Source: Squalus acanthias
Taxonomy: Eukaryota
Direction of reading: 5' to 3'
Length of the DNA stretch: 64,000 nt
NCBI GenBank assembly: GCA_030390025.1
Contig: JASTWF010000035.1
Coordinates: 4,216,001 to 4,280,000 of the forward strand
Below, one piece after another: positions 49,701 through 59,700 of this stretch (positions within the stretch are counted from its first letter, which is position 1; every line of letters begins with the position of its first letter). Position numbers and translations under genes: made by a program. The notes beneath the pieces were generated by a model, which ran no database searches, was not told where the DNA came from, and saw only the letters and a program-made list of their open reading frames with translations.

Positions 49701-51140
49701 GGAGGGTCGGGGGTCAGTGGGAAGGTCGGGGGTCAGTGGGGAGGGTCGGGGGTCAGTGGGAAGGTCCTGGGTCAGTGGGGAGGGTCGGGGGTCAGTGGGA
49801 AGGTCGGGGGTCAGTGGGAAGGTCGGGGGTCAGTGGAGAGGTTCGATGGTCTGCTCACGATTGCAGGGTGTGCGATGGGTTCGGATGGTCGCTCGGCGGA
49901 GCGGGATGCACTGGCGTTTACAACGGGTGCAGGTTTTGTAGTGGAGGCGCGGGAGGGGAACGGAGACTCCTATTGGTCTCCTGACTGCGGGCTTTGTGTG
50001 TCCGAGACACTATATGAATGCAGGTTGTTGTTGTTGTCCCATGTTGCAGTGGGATTGTGGTCGTGGATACAATTGACAGTTACTACCTGCAGCCAATCAG
50101 AGACAAGAATCGTCAGCATCACATCATCTATAGGACGGAACATCTACCAATCAGGACTGGGACCTGTGGACATACAGACGGCAGCCAATCAGACATCAGC
50201 CTGATTAATGAGTTTGTTCATCAGCACCTCAGGGTGAGACTAATTCTCACATCGAGGGAGCAGATTGGGTCTCAGTCAGATACAGGGGGAGGGGTCAAAG
50301 GCAGGGGGAGGGGTCAGAGGCGAGAGGGGGAGGGGTCAGAGGCAGGGGTGAGGGGTCAGAGGCGAGAGGGGGAGGGGTCAGAGGCGAGAGGGGGAGGGGT
50401 CAGAGGCGAGAGGGGGAGGGGTCAGAGGCAGGGGGTGAGGGGTCAGAGGCGGGGGGAGGGGTCAGAGGCGAGAGGGGGAGGGGTCAGAGGCGGGGTGAGG
50501 GGTCAGAGGCAGGGGGTGAGGGGTCAGAGGCGAGAGGGGGAGGGGTCAGAGGCGGGGGGGAGGGGTCAGAGGCAGGGGGAGGGGTCAGAGGCAGGGGGAA
50601 GGGTCAGAGATGGGGGGAGGGGTCAGAGCCGGGGGGAGGGGTCAGAGACAGGGGCGGGGTCAGAGACAGGGGAGGGGGTCAGAGACAGGGGAGGGGGTCA
50701 GAGACAGGGGGCGTGGTCAGAGACAGGGAAGGGGTCAGAGACAGGGGTAGGGGTCAGAGACAGGGGAGGGGTCAGAGACAGGGGGAGGGGTCAGAGACGG
50801 GAGGGGTCAGAGACAGGGGGAGGGGTCAGACACAGGGGGAGGGGTCAGAGACAGGGGAGGGGTCAGAGACAGGGGGAGGGGTCAGAGACAGGGCAGGGGT
50901 CAGAGACGGGGGGAGGGGTCAGAGACGGGGTCAGAGACAGGGGGAGGGGTCAGAGACGGGGAGGGGTCAGAGACAGGGTCAGAGATGCGGGGTGGGTCAG
51001 TGATGTTATAGAGGGGAGGGTGAGTGAGGGTTTACGGGGGTCTCACTCTCACTCTGTGTCCTGTTTTCCTGCAGACTCGGCGTGATTCCTGGGATAACGT
51101 GAAATACGTGGAACTTTACATCGTAGCCGACAATTCTGAG
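14426..51140 (+). CDS. ADAM33: ADAM33-like (ADAM12/19/33 clade) disintegrin-metalloprotease gene, partial: six spliced exons covering prodomain to start of M12B domain
   Basis: Exons 14426-14505, 18594-18670, 44427-44505, 45871-45947, 50050-50233 and 51075-51140 join with compatible phases and no stops: [187 protein letters not shown]. APNxT, DSW, CSGxSG, SYYLxP, GTCGH and ELYIVAD match ADAM33 as recalled. ADAM family membership is secure; exact orthology needs a phylogeny. Confidence 0.88.
14589..14757. repeat. GTGAGT/GTGAGCG compound microsatellite, followed by a short CR1 3' tail remnant (about 14755-14795)
   Basis: Read directly; tail cgaagggcctctttctgtgctgtaactctatg. Confidence 0.85.
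14800..18529. repeat. Compound G/T-rich satellite built from GGTCTGGGCTC, GGTCTGGTC and GGTGATGGG[C/G]TC modules
   Basis: Read directly; fills most of the intron between exons 2 and 3. Confidence 0.95.
18594..18670 (+). CDS. ADAM33: ADAM33-like exon (approx. exon 3), prodomain, 77 nt
   Basis: Acceptor ctctgtgtctctcacag, donor GA|gtgagt; [25 protein letters not shown](E), matching the ADAM prodomain EGxELxLxLExN motif. Confidence 0.9.
18806..20510 (-). mobile_element. 5'-truncated CR1 LINE with uninterrupted RT and C-terminal ORF2 (506 aa) and 3' tail
   Basis: ORF 18904-20424: [39 protein letters not shown]; (TAGAAACA)n tail at about 18806-18828. Confidence 0.96.
20513..20926 (+). mobile_element. 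CR1 3' fragment whose terminal tail is tandemly duplicated
   Basis: [13 protein letters not shown]...[14 protein letters not shown]; 3' UTR ends in two copies of ACAGGCTCGAGGGGCTGAATGGCCTCCTCCTGTTC. Confidence 0.88.
20927..21590 (-). mobile_element. 5'-truncated CR1 with two successive 3' tails
   Basis: ORFs 21407-21589 and 21121-21393 ([11 protein letters not shown]...NFFTQRVV); tails at about 21030-21120 and 20927-21030. Confidence 0.9.
21597..22088 (+). repeat. 42/39-bp tandem array of the CR1 3'-terminal sequence (CTGTGTAACAGGCTCGAGGGGCTGAATGGCCTCCTCCTGTTC)n, about 12 copies
   Basis: Unit matches the CR1 tails at 20850-20926 and 32148-32190. Confidence 0.92.
22497..23470. repeat. Degenerate (TC)n polypyrimidine microsatellite, about 1 kb
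   Basis: Read directly; TC with TG/CA interruptions; source of the SLSL pseudo-ORFs. Confidence 0.97.
23822..26498 (+). repeat. 33-bp minisatellite (GGAGGGGCAGTACTGAGGGAGCGCTGCACTGTC)n, about 80 copies, derived from a DeuSINE segment
   Basis: Read directly; 30/31-bp variants; last unit runs into the SINE body. Confidence 0.95.
26470..26796 (+). mobile_element. SacSINE1/AmnSINE1-like DeuSINE body and L2-type tail
   Basis: GAGGTGCCGTCTTTCAGATGAGACGTTAAACCGAGG...GCAGGGGGAGTTCTCCCCGGTGTCCTGG...TTGGTTGTGAAGCGCTTTG matches the Deu-domain consensus as recalled. Confidence 0.85.
26820..27125 (+). mobile_element. L2 LINE ORF2 C-terminal fragment
   Basis: [14 protein letters not shown]...[15 protein letters not shown]...[12 protein letters not shown], degenerate. 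Confidence 0.8.
27127..27791 (+). mobile_element. CR1 RT fragment, left part of an element split by an insertion
   Basis: [26 protein letters not shown], ending at LVRPQLEY. Confidence 0.9.
27792..29830 (-). mobile_element. Second-lineage CR1-group LINE, 5'-truncated, ending in AATAAA plus poly(A)
   Basis: ORFs 28959-29693 ([26 protein letters not shown]) and 27980-28453 ([18 protein letters not shown]); T-run at 27791-27799. Confidence 0.9.
28454..28633. mobile_element. 180-bp palindromic MITE with TGT...ACA termini and a 5-bp target-site duplication (CCCAA/CCCAG)
   Basis: 75-bp arms with 1 mismatch, extendable to about 86 bp around an 8-nt loop; host LINE sequence is restored when it is removed. 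Confidence 0.9.
29831..30355 (+). mobile_element. CR1 3' part, continuation of the 27127-27791 element
   Basis: Resumes at [12 protein letters not shown]; ends with a ctatggttctatg tail. Confidence 0.9.
30480..31600 (+). mobile_element. Old, internally deleted CR1 carrying a minus-strand DeuSINE tail fragment (about 30630-30727); its 3' tip resumes at about 32140-32190
   Basis: [24 protein letters not shown]; 31320-31600 closely resembles 20525-20830. Confidence 0.82.
31601..32140 (+). mobile_element. CR1 3' fragment nested in the 3' UTR of the preceding CR1
   Basis: [15 protein letters not shown]...[15 protein letters not shown]; (TCTATCTATGAC)n tail. Confidence 0.88.
32230..32485 (-). mobile_element. 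Highly decayed CR1 3' fragment
   Basis: Remnant RLFPV...[12 protein letters not shown] similarity on the minus strand. Confidence 0.55.
33272..34430 (-). mobile_element. L2 LINE fragment with internal deletion and 3' tail
   Basis: [37 protein letters not shown]; tail tgtatttatatagcgcctttaac with a (CAA)n end. Confidence 0.9.
34705..36325 (-). mobile_element. SacSINE1-like DeuSINE with an internal 33-bp minisatellite expansion
   Basis: Tail and body at 34705-35036 are the reverse complement of 26500-26796; head remnant at 36246-36325. Confidence 0.88.
35037..36245 (-). repeat. 33-bp minisatellite (CCGACAGTGCGGCGCTCCCTCAGTACTGCCCCT)n, about 36 copies
   Basis: Reverse complement of the 23822-26498 unit. 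Confidence 0.95.
36435..39951 (+). mobile_element. Near-full-length CR1: SGNH/GDSL-esterase ORF1 (partial) plus APE-RT ORF2, inactivated
   Basis: ORF1 GDSIVRG / HIGTND / DGLHLN ends 36979. ORF2 NARSI, ITETWL, YRPPN, MGDFN, SDH, then RT with SKFADD. In-frame TAA at 38257-38259, +1 frameshifts near 39450 and 39610; (TTCTATG)n tail. Confidence 0.96.
40232..43740. repeat. 29-bp minisatellite (GGGAGTGTCTCTAAATCACACCGGGCTCA)n, about 120 copies
   Basis: Read directly; heterogeneous variants. Confidence 0.96.
43741..44386. repeat. 29-bp homogeneous variant array (GGGAGCGTCTCCGAAGTACGCAGGGTTCA)n, about 22 copies
   Basis: Same period and register as the preceding array, 8 substitutions, essentially perfect copies. 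Confidence 0.96.
44427..44505 (+). CDS. ADAM33: ADAM33-like exon (approx. exon 4), prodomain, 79 nt
   Basis: Acceptor tttgtttcatttacag, donor ACA|gtgagt; (E)[26 protein letters not shown] with the conserved YTETHY motif and an NYT sequon. Confidence 0.93.
44512..44886. repeat. 18-bp G-rich repeat (GGGGTGTGTTGGGGGGTC)n spanning a 200-N gap (44581-44780)
   Basis: Same unit on both sides of the gap; true length unknown. Confidence 0.93.
45116..45730. repeat. 26-bp minisatellite (GGGAGTGAGCGGGAGCAGGAA[C/T]CCCC)n
   Basis: Read directly; about 23 copies. Confidence 0.93.
45871..45947 (+). CDS. ADAM33: ADAM33-like exon (approx. exon 5), prodomain, 77 nt
   Basis: Acceptor tgtctctgtccag, donor AG|gtaagc; [25 protein letters not shown](S), the classic HCxYxG...SxCxG ADAM propeptide block. 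Confidence 0.95.
46175..49835. repeat. Compound G-rich satellite built on GGGTCAGTG / GAGGGTC modules, interrupted by a solo LTR
   Basis: Read directly; unit drifts from GTGGAGGGTCAGAGGTCAGT to GGGAAGGTCGGGGGTCAGT. Confidence 0.92.
46976..47204 (-). mobile_element. Putative solo LTR, 229 bp
   Basis: TGACGT...ATGTCA termini; GTCAG direct repeats at 46971-46975 and 47205-47209; minus-strand TATAAATA (47116-47123) followed by ATTAAA (47023-47028). Confidence 0.75.
50050..50233 (+). CDS. ADAM33: ADAM33-like exon (approx. exon 6), cysteine-switch region, 184 nt
   Basis: Acceptor gtcccatgttgcag, donor AGG|gtgaga; (S)[15 protein letters not shown]...HIIYRTEHL...GTCGH...HLR; phase 2 start completes the Ser codon AG|T. 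Confidence 0.93.
50286..51002. repeat. Purine-rich satellite (GGGGAGGGGTCAGAG[G/A]CA)n-like, filling the intron between exons 6 and 7
   Basis: Read directly; variable units of about 20 bp. Confidence 0.92.
51075..51140 (+). CDS. ADAM33: ADAM33-like exon (approx. exon 7), furin site and start of metalloprotease domain, 66 nt
   Basis: Acceptor tcctgttttcctgcag, donor GAG|gtcagt; [26 protein letters not shown] forms an RxRR convertase site across the junction; [10 protein letters not shown] is the reprolysin-domain start. Confidence 0.95.
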
Positions 51141-54051
51141 GTCAGTCTGTTCTATAGGGTGTGGGTCAGTGTTGTATAGAGTGTGGGTCAGTGTTCTATA
51201 GGGTGTGGGTCAGTGTTCTATAGAGTGTGGGTCAGTGTTCTATAGAGTGTGGGTCAGTGTTCTATAGAGTGTGGGTCAGTGTTCTATAGGGTGTGGGTCA
51301 GTGTTCTATCGGGTGTGGGTCAGTGTTGTATAGAGTGTGGGTCAGTGTTCTATAGGGTGTGGGTCAGTGTTCTATAGTGTGGGTCAGTGTTCTATAGGGT
51401 GTGGATCAGTGTTCTATAGAGTGTGGGTCAGTGTTCTATAGAGTGTGGGTCAGTGTTCTATAGAGTGTGGGTCAGTGTTCTATAGAGTGTGGGTCAGTGT
51501 TCTATAGGGTGTGGGTCAGTGTTCTATAGGGTGTGGGTCAGTGTTCTATAGGGAGTGGGTCAGTGTTGTATAGAGTGTGGGTCAGTGTTCTATAGAGTGT
51601 GGGTCAGTGTTCTATAGAGTGTGGGTCAGTGTTCTATAGAGTGTGGGTCAGTGTTCTATAGAGTGTGGGTCAGTGTTCTATAGGGTGTGGGTCAGTGTTG
51701 TATAGAGTGTGGGACAGTGTTCTATAGAGTGTGGGTCAGTGTTCCATAGAGTGTGGGTCAGTGTTCTATAGAGTGTGGGACAGTGTTCTATAGGGTGTGG
51801 GTCAGTGTTCCATAGAGTGTGGGTCAGTGTTCTATAGGGTGTGGGTCAGTGTTGTATAGAGTGTGGGTCAGTGTTCTATAGGGTGTGGGTCAGTTCTATA
51901 GGGTGCGGGTCAGTGTTGTATGGAGTGTGGGTCAGTGTTCTATAGGGTGTGGGTCAGTGTTGTATAGAGTGTGGGTCAGTGTTCTATAGGGTGTGGGTCA
52001 GTGTTCTATAGGGTGTGGGTCAGTGTTGTATAGAGTGTGGGTCAGTGTTCCATAGGGTGTGGGTCAGTGTTCTATAGAGTGTGGGTCAGTGTTATCTAGG
52101 GTGTGGGTCAGTGTTCTATAGGGTGTGGGTCAGTGTTCTATAGAGTGTGGGTCAGTGTTGTATAGAGTGTGGGCCAGTGTTCTATAGAGTGTGGGTCAGT
52201 GTTCTATAGGGTGTGGGTCAGTGTTCTATAGAGTGGGTCCGTGTTCTATAGAGTGTGGGTCAGTGTTCTATAGGGTGTGGGTCAGTGTTCTATAGGGTGT
52301 GGGTCAGTGTTCTATAGAGTGGGTCAGCGTTCTATAGGGTATGGGTCAGTGTTCTATAGAGTGTGGGTCAGTGTTCTGTAGGGTGTGGGTCAGTGTTCTA
52401 TAGGGTGTGGGTCAGTGTTCTAAAGAGTGTGGGTCAGTGTTCTATAGAATGTGGGTCAGTGTTCTATAGAGTGTGGGTCAGTGTTCTATAGAGTGTGGGT
52501 CAGTGTTCTATAGGGTGTGGGTCAGTGTTCTATAGAGTGTGGGTCGGCGTTCTATAGAATGTGGGTCAGTGTTCTATAGAGTGTGGGTCCGTGTTCTATA
52601 GGGTGTGGGTCAGTCTTCTATAGGGTGTGGGTCAGTGTTCTATAGGGTGTGTGTCAGTGTGGTATAGAGTGTGGGTCAGTGTTCTATAGGGTGTGGGTCA
52701 GTGTTGTATAGAGTGTGGGTCAGTGTTCTATAGGGTGTGGGCCAGTGTTCTATAGGGAGTGGGTCAGTGTTCTATAGAGTGTGGGTCGGCGTTCTATAGA
52801 ATGTGGGTCAGCGTTCTATAGAGTGTGGGTCGGTGTTCTATAGAGTGTGGGTCAGTGTTCTATAGGGTGTGGGCCAGTGTTCTATAGCGCGTGGGTCAGT
52901 GTACTATAGAGTGTGGGTCAGTGTTCTATAGGGTGTGGGTCAGTGTTGTATGGAGTGTGGGTCAGTGTTCTATAGGGTGTGGGTCAGTGTTGTATAGAGT
53001 GTGGGTCAGTGTGTTCGATAGAGTGTGGGTCAGTGTTGTATAGGGTGTGGGTCAGTGTTCTATAGGGTGTGGGCCAGTGTTCTATAGAGTGTGGTCCGTG
53101 TGTTCTATAGGGTGTGGGTCAGTGTTCTATTGAATGTGGGCCAGTTTTCTATAGGGTGTGGGTCAGTGTTCTATTGGATGTGGGTCAGTGTTCTATAGGG
53201 TGTGGGTCAGTGTTCTATAGAGTGTGGGTCAGTGTTCTATAGAGTGTGGGTCAGTGTTCTATAGAGTGTAGGTCAGTGTTCTATAGGGTGTGGGTCATTG
53301 TTCTATATGTTGTGGGTCAGTGTGTTCTCTCGGGTGTGGGTCATTGTTCTATATGTTGTGGGTCAGTGTGTTCTCTCGGGTGTGGGTCAGTGTTCTATAG
53401 AGTGTGGGTCAGTGTTCTATAGAGTGTGGGTCAGTGTACTATAGGGTGTGGTTTAGTGTTCTATAGAGTGTGGGTCAGTGTTCTATAGAGTGTGGGTCAG
53501 TGTTCTATAGGGTGTGGGTCAGTGTTCTATAGGGTGTGGGTCAGTGTTCTATAGGATGTGGGCCAGTGTTCTATAGGGTGTGGGCCAGTGTTCTATAGGG
53601 TGTGGGTCAGTGTTCTATTGGATGTGGGTCAGTGTTCTATAGGGTCTGGGTCAGTGTATTCTATATGGTGTGGGTCAGTGTTCTATAGGGTGCGGTATAG
53701 TGTTCTATTGAATGTGGGTCGGCGTTCTATAGAATGTGGGTCAGTGTTCTATAGAGTGTGGGTCAGTGTTCTATAGGGTGTGGGTCAGTGTTCTATAGGG
53801 TGTGGGTCAGTGTTCTATAGGATGTGGGTCCATGTTCTATAGGGTGTGGGCCAGTGTTCTATAGGGTGTGGGTCAGTGTTCTATAGCGGGTGGGTCCGTG
53901 TTCTATAGGATGTGGGTCAGTGTTCTATAGGGTGTGGGTCAGTGTTCTATAGGGTGTGGGTCAGTGTTCTATAGGGTGTGGGTCAGTGTTCTATAGGGCG
54001 TGGGTCATTGTTCTATATGTTGTGGGTCAGTGTGTTCTCTCGGGTGTGGGT

Positions 54052-54488
54052 CATAGAAACATAGAAACATAGAATCTAGGAGCAGGAGTAGGCCATTCGG
54101 CCCGTCGAGCCTGCTCCGCCATTCAATACGATCATGGCTGATCATCCAAATCCAGTACCCTGTCCCTGCTTTAATCCCCACAGTACACATATCCCACCCT
54201 ACCCCCGTAACCCCACGTACTTAATTCCCCCTAACATATCCCATCCTATCCCCATAACCCCACATATTTAATCCCCCCCTAACACTAAGGGTCAATTTAT
54301 CATAGCCAAATCAACCTAACCCACACATTTTTGGACTGTGGGAGGAAACCGGAGCACCCGGAGGAAACCCACGCAGACACGGGGAGAATGTGCAAACTCC
54401 ACACAGACAGTCACCCGAGGTCAGATTCGAACCCGGGTCTCTGGCGCTGTGAGGCACCAGTGCTAACCACTATGCCACCGTGTTGCCC
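54052..54488 (-). mobile_element. HE1-type V-SINE, full length
   Basis: Minus strand: A-box TGGCATAGTGG, B-box GGTTCGAATC, V-domain GGGTTTCCTCCGGGTGCTCCGGTTTCCTCCCACAGTCCAAA, CR1-derived tail ending (TTTCTATG)n. Confidence 0.92.
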
Positions 54489-55716
54489 TATAGAACACTG
54501 ACCCACACCCTAGAGAGTGTGGGTCATTGTTGTATAGAGTGTGGGTCAGTGTTCTATAGAGTGTGGGTCAGTGTTCTATAGGGTGTGGGTCAGTGTTCTA
54601 TAGAGTGGGTCAGTGTTCTATAGAGTGTGGGTCAGTGTTCTATAGAGTGTGGGTCAGTGTACTATAGGGTGTGGTTTAGTGTTCTATAGAGTGTGGGTCA
54701 GTGTTCTATAGAGTGTGGGTCAGTGTCCTATAGGGTGTGGGTCAATGTTCTATAGGATGTGGGCCAGTGTTCTATAGGGTGTGGGCCAGTGTTCTATAGG
54801 GTGTGGGTCAGTGTTCTATTGGATGTGGGTCAGTGTTCTATAGGGTGTGGTTCAGTGTTCTATTGGATGTGGGCCAGTGTTCTATAGGGTGTGGGCCAGT
54901 GTTCTATAGGGTCTGGGTCAGTGTATTCTATAGGGTGTGGGTCAGTGTTCTATAGGGTGTGGTTCAGTGTTCTATTGTATGTGGGTCAGTGTCTATAGAG
55001 TGTGGGTCAGTGTTCTCTAGGGTGTGGGTCAGTGTTCTATAGGGTGTGGGTCAGTGTTCTATAGAGTGTGGGTCATTGTTGTATAGAGTGTGGGTCAGTG
55101 TTCTATAGAGTGTGGGTCAGTGTTCTATAGGGTGTGGGTCAGTGTTCTATAGAGTGGGTCAGTGTTCTATAGAGTGTGGGTCAGTGTTCTATAGAGTGTG
55201 GGTCAGTGTACTATAGGGTGTGGTTTAGTGTTCTATAGAGTGTGGGTCAGTGTTCTATAGAGTGTGGGTCAGTGTCCTATAGGGTGTGGGTCAATGTTCT
55301 ATAGGATGTGGGCCAGTGTTCTATAGGGTGTGGGCCAGTGTTCTATAGGGTGTGGGTCAGTGTTCTATTGGATGTGGGTCAGTGTTCTATAGGGTGTGGT
55401 TCAGTGTTCTATTGGATGTGGGCCAGTGTTCTATAGGGTGTGGGCCAGTGTTCTATGGGGTCTGGGTCAGTGTATTCTATAGGGTGTGGGTCAGTGTTCT
55501 ATAGGGTGTGGTTCAGTGTTCTATTGTATGTGGGTCAGTGTTCTATAGAGTGTGGGTCAGTGTTCTCTAGGGTGTGGGTCAGTGTTCTATAGGGTGTGGG
55601 TCAGTGTTCTATAGAGTGTGGGTCATTGTTGTATAGAGTGTGGGTCAGTGTTCTATAGAGTGTGGGTCAGTGTTCTATAGGGTGTGGGTCAGTGTTCTAT
55701 AGAGTGGGTCAGTGTT

Positions 55717-56703
55717 ACATACATAGATACATAGAAGATAGGAGCAGGAGTAGGCCATCCGGCCCTTCGAGCCTGCTCCGCCATTTAATGAGATCATGGC
55801 TGATCCTCCAATTCAGTATCCCGTCCCCGCCTTCTCTCCGTAACCCTTAACCCCTTTTGCCTGTAGAAATATATCTAATTCCCTCTTAAATATATTTAAT
55901 GAGCTGGCGTACACTGCCCTCTGTGGCAATGAGTTCCACAGGTTCACCACCCTCTGAGTGAAGAAATTCCCCCTCATTTCTGTCCTAAATGGTTTAGCCC
56001 TTATCCTTAAATTATGTCCTCTAGTTCTGTTCTCACCCGCCAAGGGAAACATTCCTTCTGCATCTAGTCTGTCTCGACCTGTCAGAATTTTATACACTTC
56101 TATGAGGTCCCCTCTCAATCTTCTAAACTCCAGTGTGTACATCCCTAAACTACATAGTCTCTCCTCATAGGTCAATCCCGCCATTCCTGGTATCAGCCTG
56201 GTGAATCGCCGCTGCACCCCCTCCATGGCAAGAACATCTTTCCTCAGATGAGGCGACCAAAACTGTACACAGTACTCGAGGTGTGGTCTCACCAGTGCCC
56301 TGTACAGCTGCAGCAAGGTATCCCTGTTCCTGTATTCCTACCCTTTTGCTATGAAGGCCAGCATACCATTTGCCTTCTTGACCGCCTGTTGCACCTGCAT
56401 GCTCGCCTTCAGTGACTGGTGTACAAGAACACCCAGGTCTCTCTGTACTTCCCCCTCTCCCAATTTATTGCCATTTAAATAATAATTTGCCCTCCCGTTC
56501 CTGCACCCAAGGTGGATAACTTCGCACTTGTCCACATTATAGTGCATCTGCCATTTATCCGCCCAATCACCCAGTCTGTCCAAATCGCTCTGGAGCTTCC
56601 TGGTCTCCTCCTCTGAGCCCACCCCCCCTCCTAGTTTAGTGTCGTCTGCAAATTTGGAAATGCTGCATCCGACTCCCTGATCCAGGTCATTAATGTAAAT
56701 TGT
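55717..56703 (-). mobile_element. 5'-truncated CR1 inserted in the 22-bp array
   Basis: SKFADD to ...GYGEKAGTGY; one in-frame TAG at 56338-56340; intact 3' tail. Confidence 0.95.
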
Positions 56704-59700
56704 GTTCTATAGAGTGTGGGTCAGTGTTCTATATGGTGTGGGTAAGTGTTCTATAGGGTGTGGGTCAGTGTTCTATAGGGTGTGGGTCAGTGTTCTATAG
56801 AGTGGGTCAGCGTTCTATAGGGTATAGGTCAGTGTTCTATAGAGTGTGGGTCAGTGTTCTGTAGGGTGTGGGTCAGTGTTCTATAGGGTGTGGGTCAGTG
56901 TTCTAAAGAGTGTGGGTCAGTGTTCTATAGAATGTGGGTCAGTGTTGTATAGAGTGTGGGTCAGTGTTCTATAGAGTGTGGGTCAGTGTTCTATAGGGTG
57001 TGGGTCAGTGTTCTATAGAGTGTGGGTTGGCGTTCTATAGAATGTGGGTCAGTGTTCTATAGAGTGTGGGTCAGTGTTCTATAGAGTGTGGGTCCGTGTT
57101 CTATAGGGTGTGGGTCAGTGTTCTATAGGGTGTGGGTCAGTGTTCTATCGGGTGTGGGTCAGTGTGGTATAGAGTGTGGGTCAGTGTTCTATAGGGTGTG
57201 GGTCAGTGTTGTATAGAGTGTGGGTCAGTGTTCTATAGGGTGTGGGCCAGTGTTCTATAGGGTGTGGGTCAGTGTTCTATAGAGTGTGGGTCGGCGTTCT
57301 ATAGAATGTGGGTCAGCGTTCTATAGAATGTGGGTCAGTGTTCTATAGAGTGTGGGTCAGTATTCTATAGGGTGTGGGCCAGTGTTCTATAGCGCGTGGG
57401 TCCGTGTTCTATAGGGTGTGGGTCAGTGTTCTATAGGGTGTGGGTCAGTGTTCTATAGGGCGTGGGTCAGTGTTCTATAGGGGTGGGTCAGTGTTCTATA
57501 GGGTGTGGGTCAGTGTTCTATAGAGTGTGGGTCAGTGTGTTCTATAGAGTGTGGGTCAGTGTTCTATAGGGTGTGGGTGAGTGTGTTCGATAGGATGAGG
57601 GTCAGTGTTGTATAGAGTGTGGGTCAGTGTGTTCTATAGAGTGTGGGTCAGTGTTGTATAGGGTGTGGGTCAGTGTTCTATAGAGTGTGGGTCAGTGTTC
57701 TATAGGGTGTGGGTCAGTGTTGTATGGACTGTGGGTCAGTGTTCTATAGGGTGTGGGTCAGTGTTGCATAGAGTGTGGGTCAGTGTGTTCGATAGAGTGT
57801 GGGTCAGTGTTGTATAGGGTGTGGGTCAGTGTTCTGTAGGGTTTGGGTCAGTGTTCTATAGAGTGTGGTCAGTGTGTTCTGTAGGGTGTGGGTCAGTGTT
57901 CTATTGGATGTGGGCCAGTTTTCTATAGGGTGTAGGTCAGTGTTCTATTGGATGTGGGTCAGTGTTCTATAGGGTGTGGGTCAGTGTTCTATAGAGTGTG
58001 GGTCAGTGTTCTATAGAGTGTGGGTCAGTGTTCTATATGATGTGGGTCAGTGTTCTATAGGGTGTGGGTCATTGTTCTATTGGATGTGGGTCAGTGTTCT
58101 ATAGGGTCTGGGTCAGTGTATTCTATAGGGTGTGGGTCAGTGTTCTATAGGGTGTGGTATAGTGTTCTATTGGATGTGGGTCGGCGTTCTATAGAATGTG
58201 GGTCAGTGTTCTATAGAGTGTGGGTCAGTGTTCTATAGGGCGTGGGTCAGTGTTATATAGGATGTGGGTCAGTGTTCTATATGGTGTGGGCCAGTGTTCT
58301 ATAGGGTGTGGGTCAGTGTTCTATAGGGTGTGGGTCAGTGTTGTATAGAGTGTGGGTCAGTGTTCTATAGGGTGTGGGTCAGTGTTGTATAGAGTGTGGG
58401 TCAGTGTTCTATAGGGTGTGGGCCAGTGTTCTATAGGGTGTGGGTCAGTGTTCTATAGAGTGTGGGTCGGCGTTCTATAGAATGTGGGTCAGTGTTCTAT
58501 AGAGTGTGGGTCAGTGTTCTATCGAGTGTGGGTCAGTGTTCTATAGGGTGTGGGTCAGTGTTCTATAGCGGGTGGGTCCGTGTTCTATAGGGTGTGGGTC
58601 AGTGTTCTATAGGGTGTGTGTCAGTGTTCTATAGGGTGTGGGTCAGTGTTCTATAGGGTGTGGGTCAGTGTTCTATAGGGCGTGGGTCAGTGTTCTATAG
58701 AGTGTGGGTCAGTGTGTTCTATAGAGTGTGGGTCAGTGTTCTACAGGGTGTGGGTCAGTGTGTTCGATAGGGTGAGGGTCAGTGTTGTATAGAGTGTGGG
58801 TCAGTGTGTTCTATAGAGTGTGGGTCAGTGTTGTATAGGGTGTGGGTCAGTGTTCTATAGAGTGTGGGTCAGTGTTCTATAGGGTGTGGGTCAGTGTTGT
58901 ATGGAGTGTGGGCCAGTGTTCTATAGGGTGTGGGTCAGTGTTGTATAGAGTGTGGGTCAGTGTGTTCGATAGAGTGTGGGTCAGTGTTGTATAGGGCGTG
59001 GGTCAGTGTTCTATAGGGTGTGGGCCAGTGTTCTATAGAGTGTGGTCAGTGTGTTCTATAGGGTGTGGGTCAGTGTTCTATTGGATGTGGGCCAGTGTTC
59101 TATAGGGTGTGGGTCAGTGTTCTATTGGATGTGGGTCAGTGTTCTATAGAGTGTGGGTCAGTGTTCTATAGAGTGTGGGTCAGTGTTCTATAGAGTGTAG
59201 GTCAGTGTTCTATAGGGTGTGGGTCATTGTTCTATATGTTGTGGGTCAGTGTGTTCTCTCGGGTGTGGGTCATTGTTCTATAGAGTGTGGTCAGTGTGTT
59301 CTATAGGGTGTGGGTCAGTGTTCTATTGGATGTGGGCCAGTGTTCTATAGGGTGTGGGTCAGTGTTCTATTGGATGTGGGTCAGTGTTCTATAGAGTGTG
59401 GGTCAGTGTTCTATAGAGTGTGGGTCAGTGTTCTATAGAGTGTAGGTCAGTGTTCTATAGGGTGTGGGTCATTGTTCTATATGTTGTGGGTCAGTGTGTT
59501 CTCTCGGGTGTGGGTCGTTGTTCTATATGTTGTGGGTCAGTGTGTTCTCTCGGGTGTGGGTCAGTGTTCTATAGAGTGTGGGTCAGTTTTCTATAGAGTG
59601 TGGGTCAGTGTACTATAGGGTGTGGTTTAGTGTTCTATAGAGTGTGGGTCAGTGTTCTATAGAGTGTGGGTCAGTGTTCTATAGGGTGTGGGTCAATGTT

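Noticed and set aside
46078..50000. Gly-rich ORFs of about 500 aa
   Set aside because: All three + frames are open in a G-rich satellite that lies inside an intron.
54410..54488. tRNA gene
   Set aside because: The A and B boxes belong to the head of a V-SINE that continues into the V-domain and LINE tail.
13527..56703. Antisense orientation bias of intronic insertions
   Set aside because: Sense and antisense elements are both numerous; too few to show a bias.
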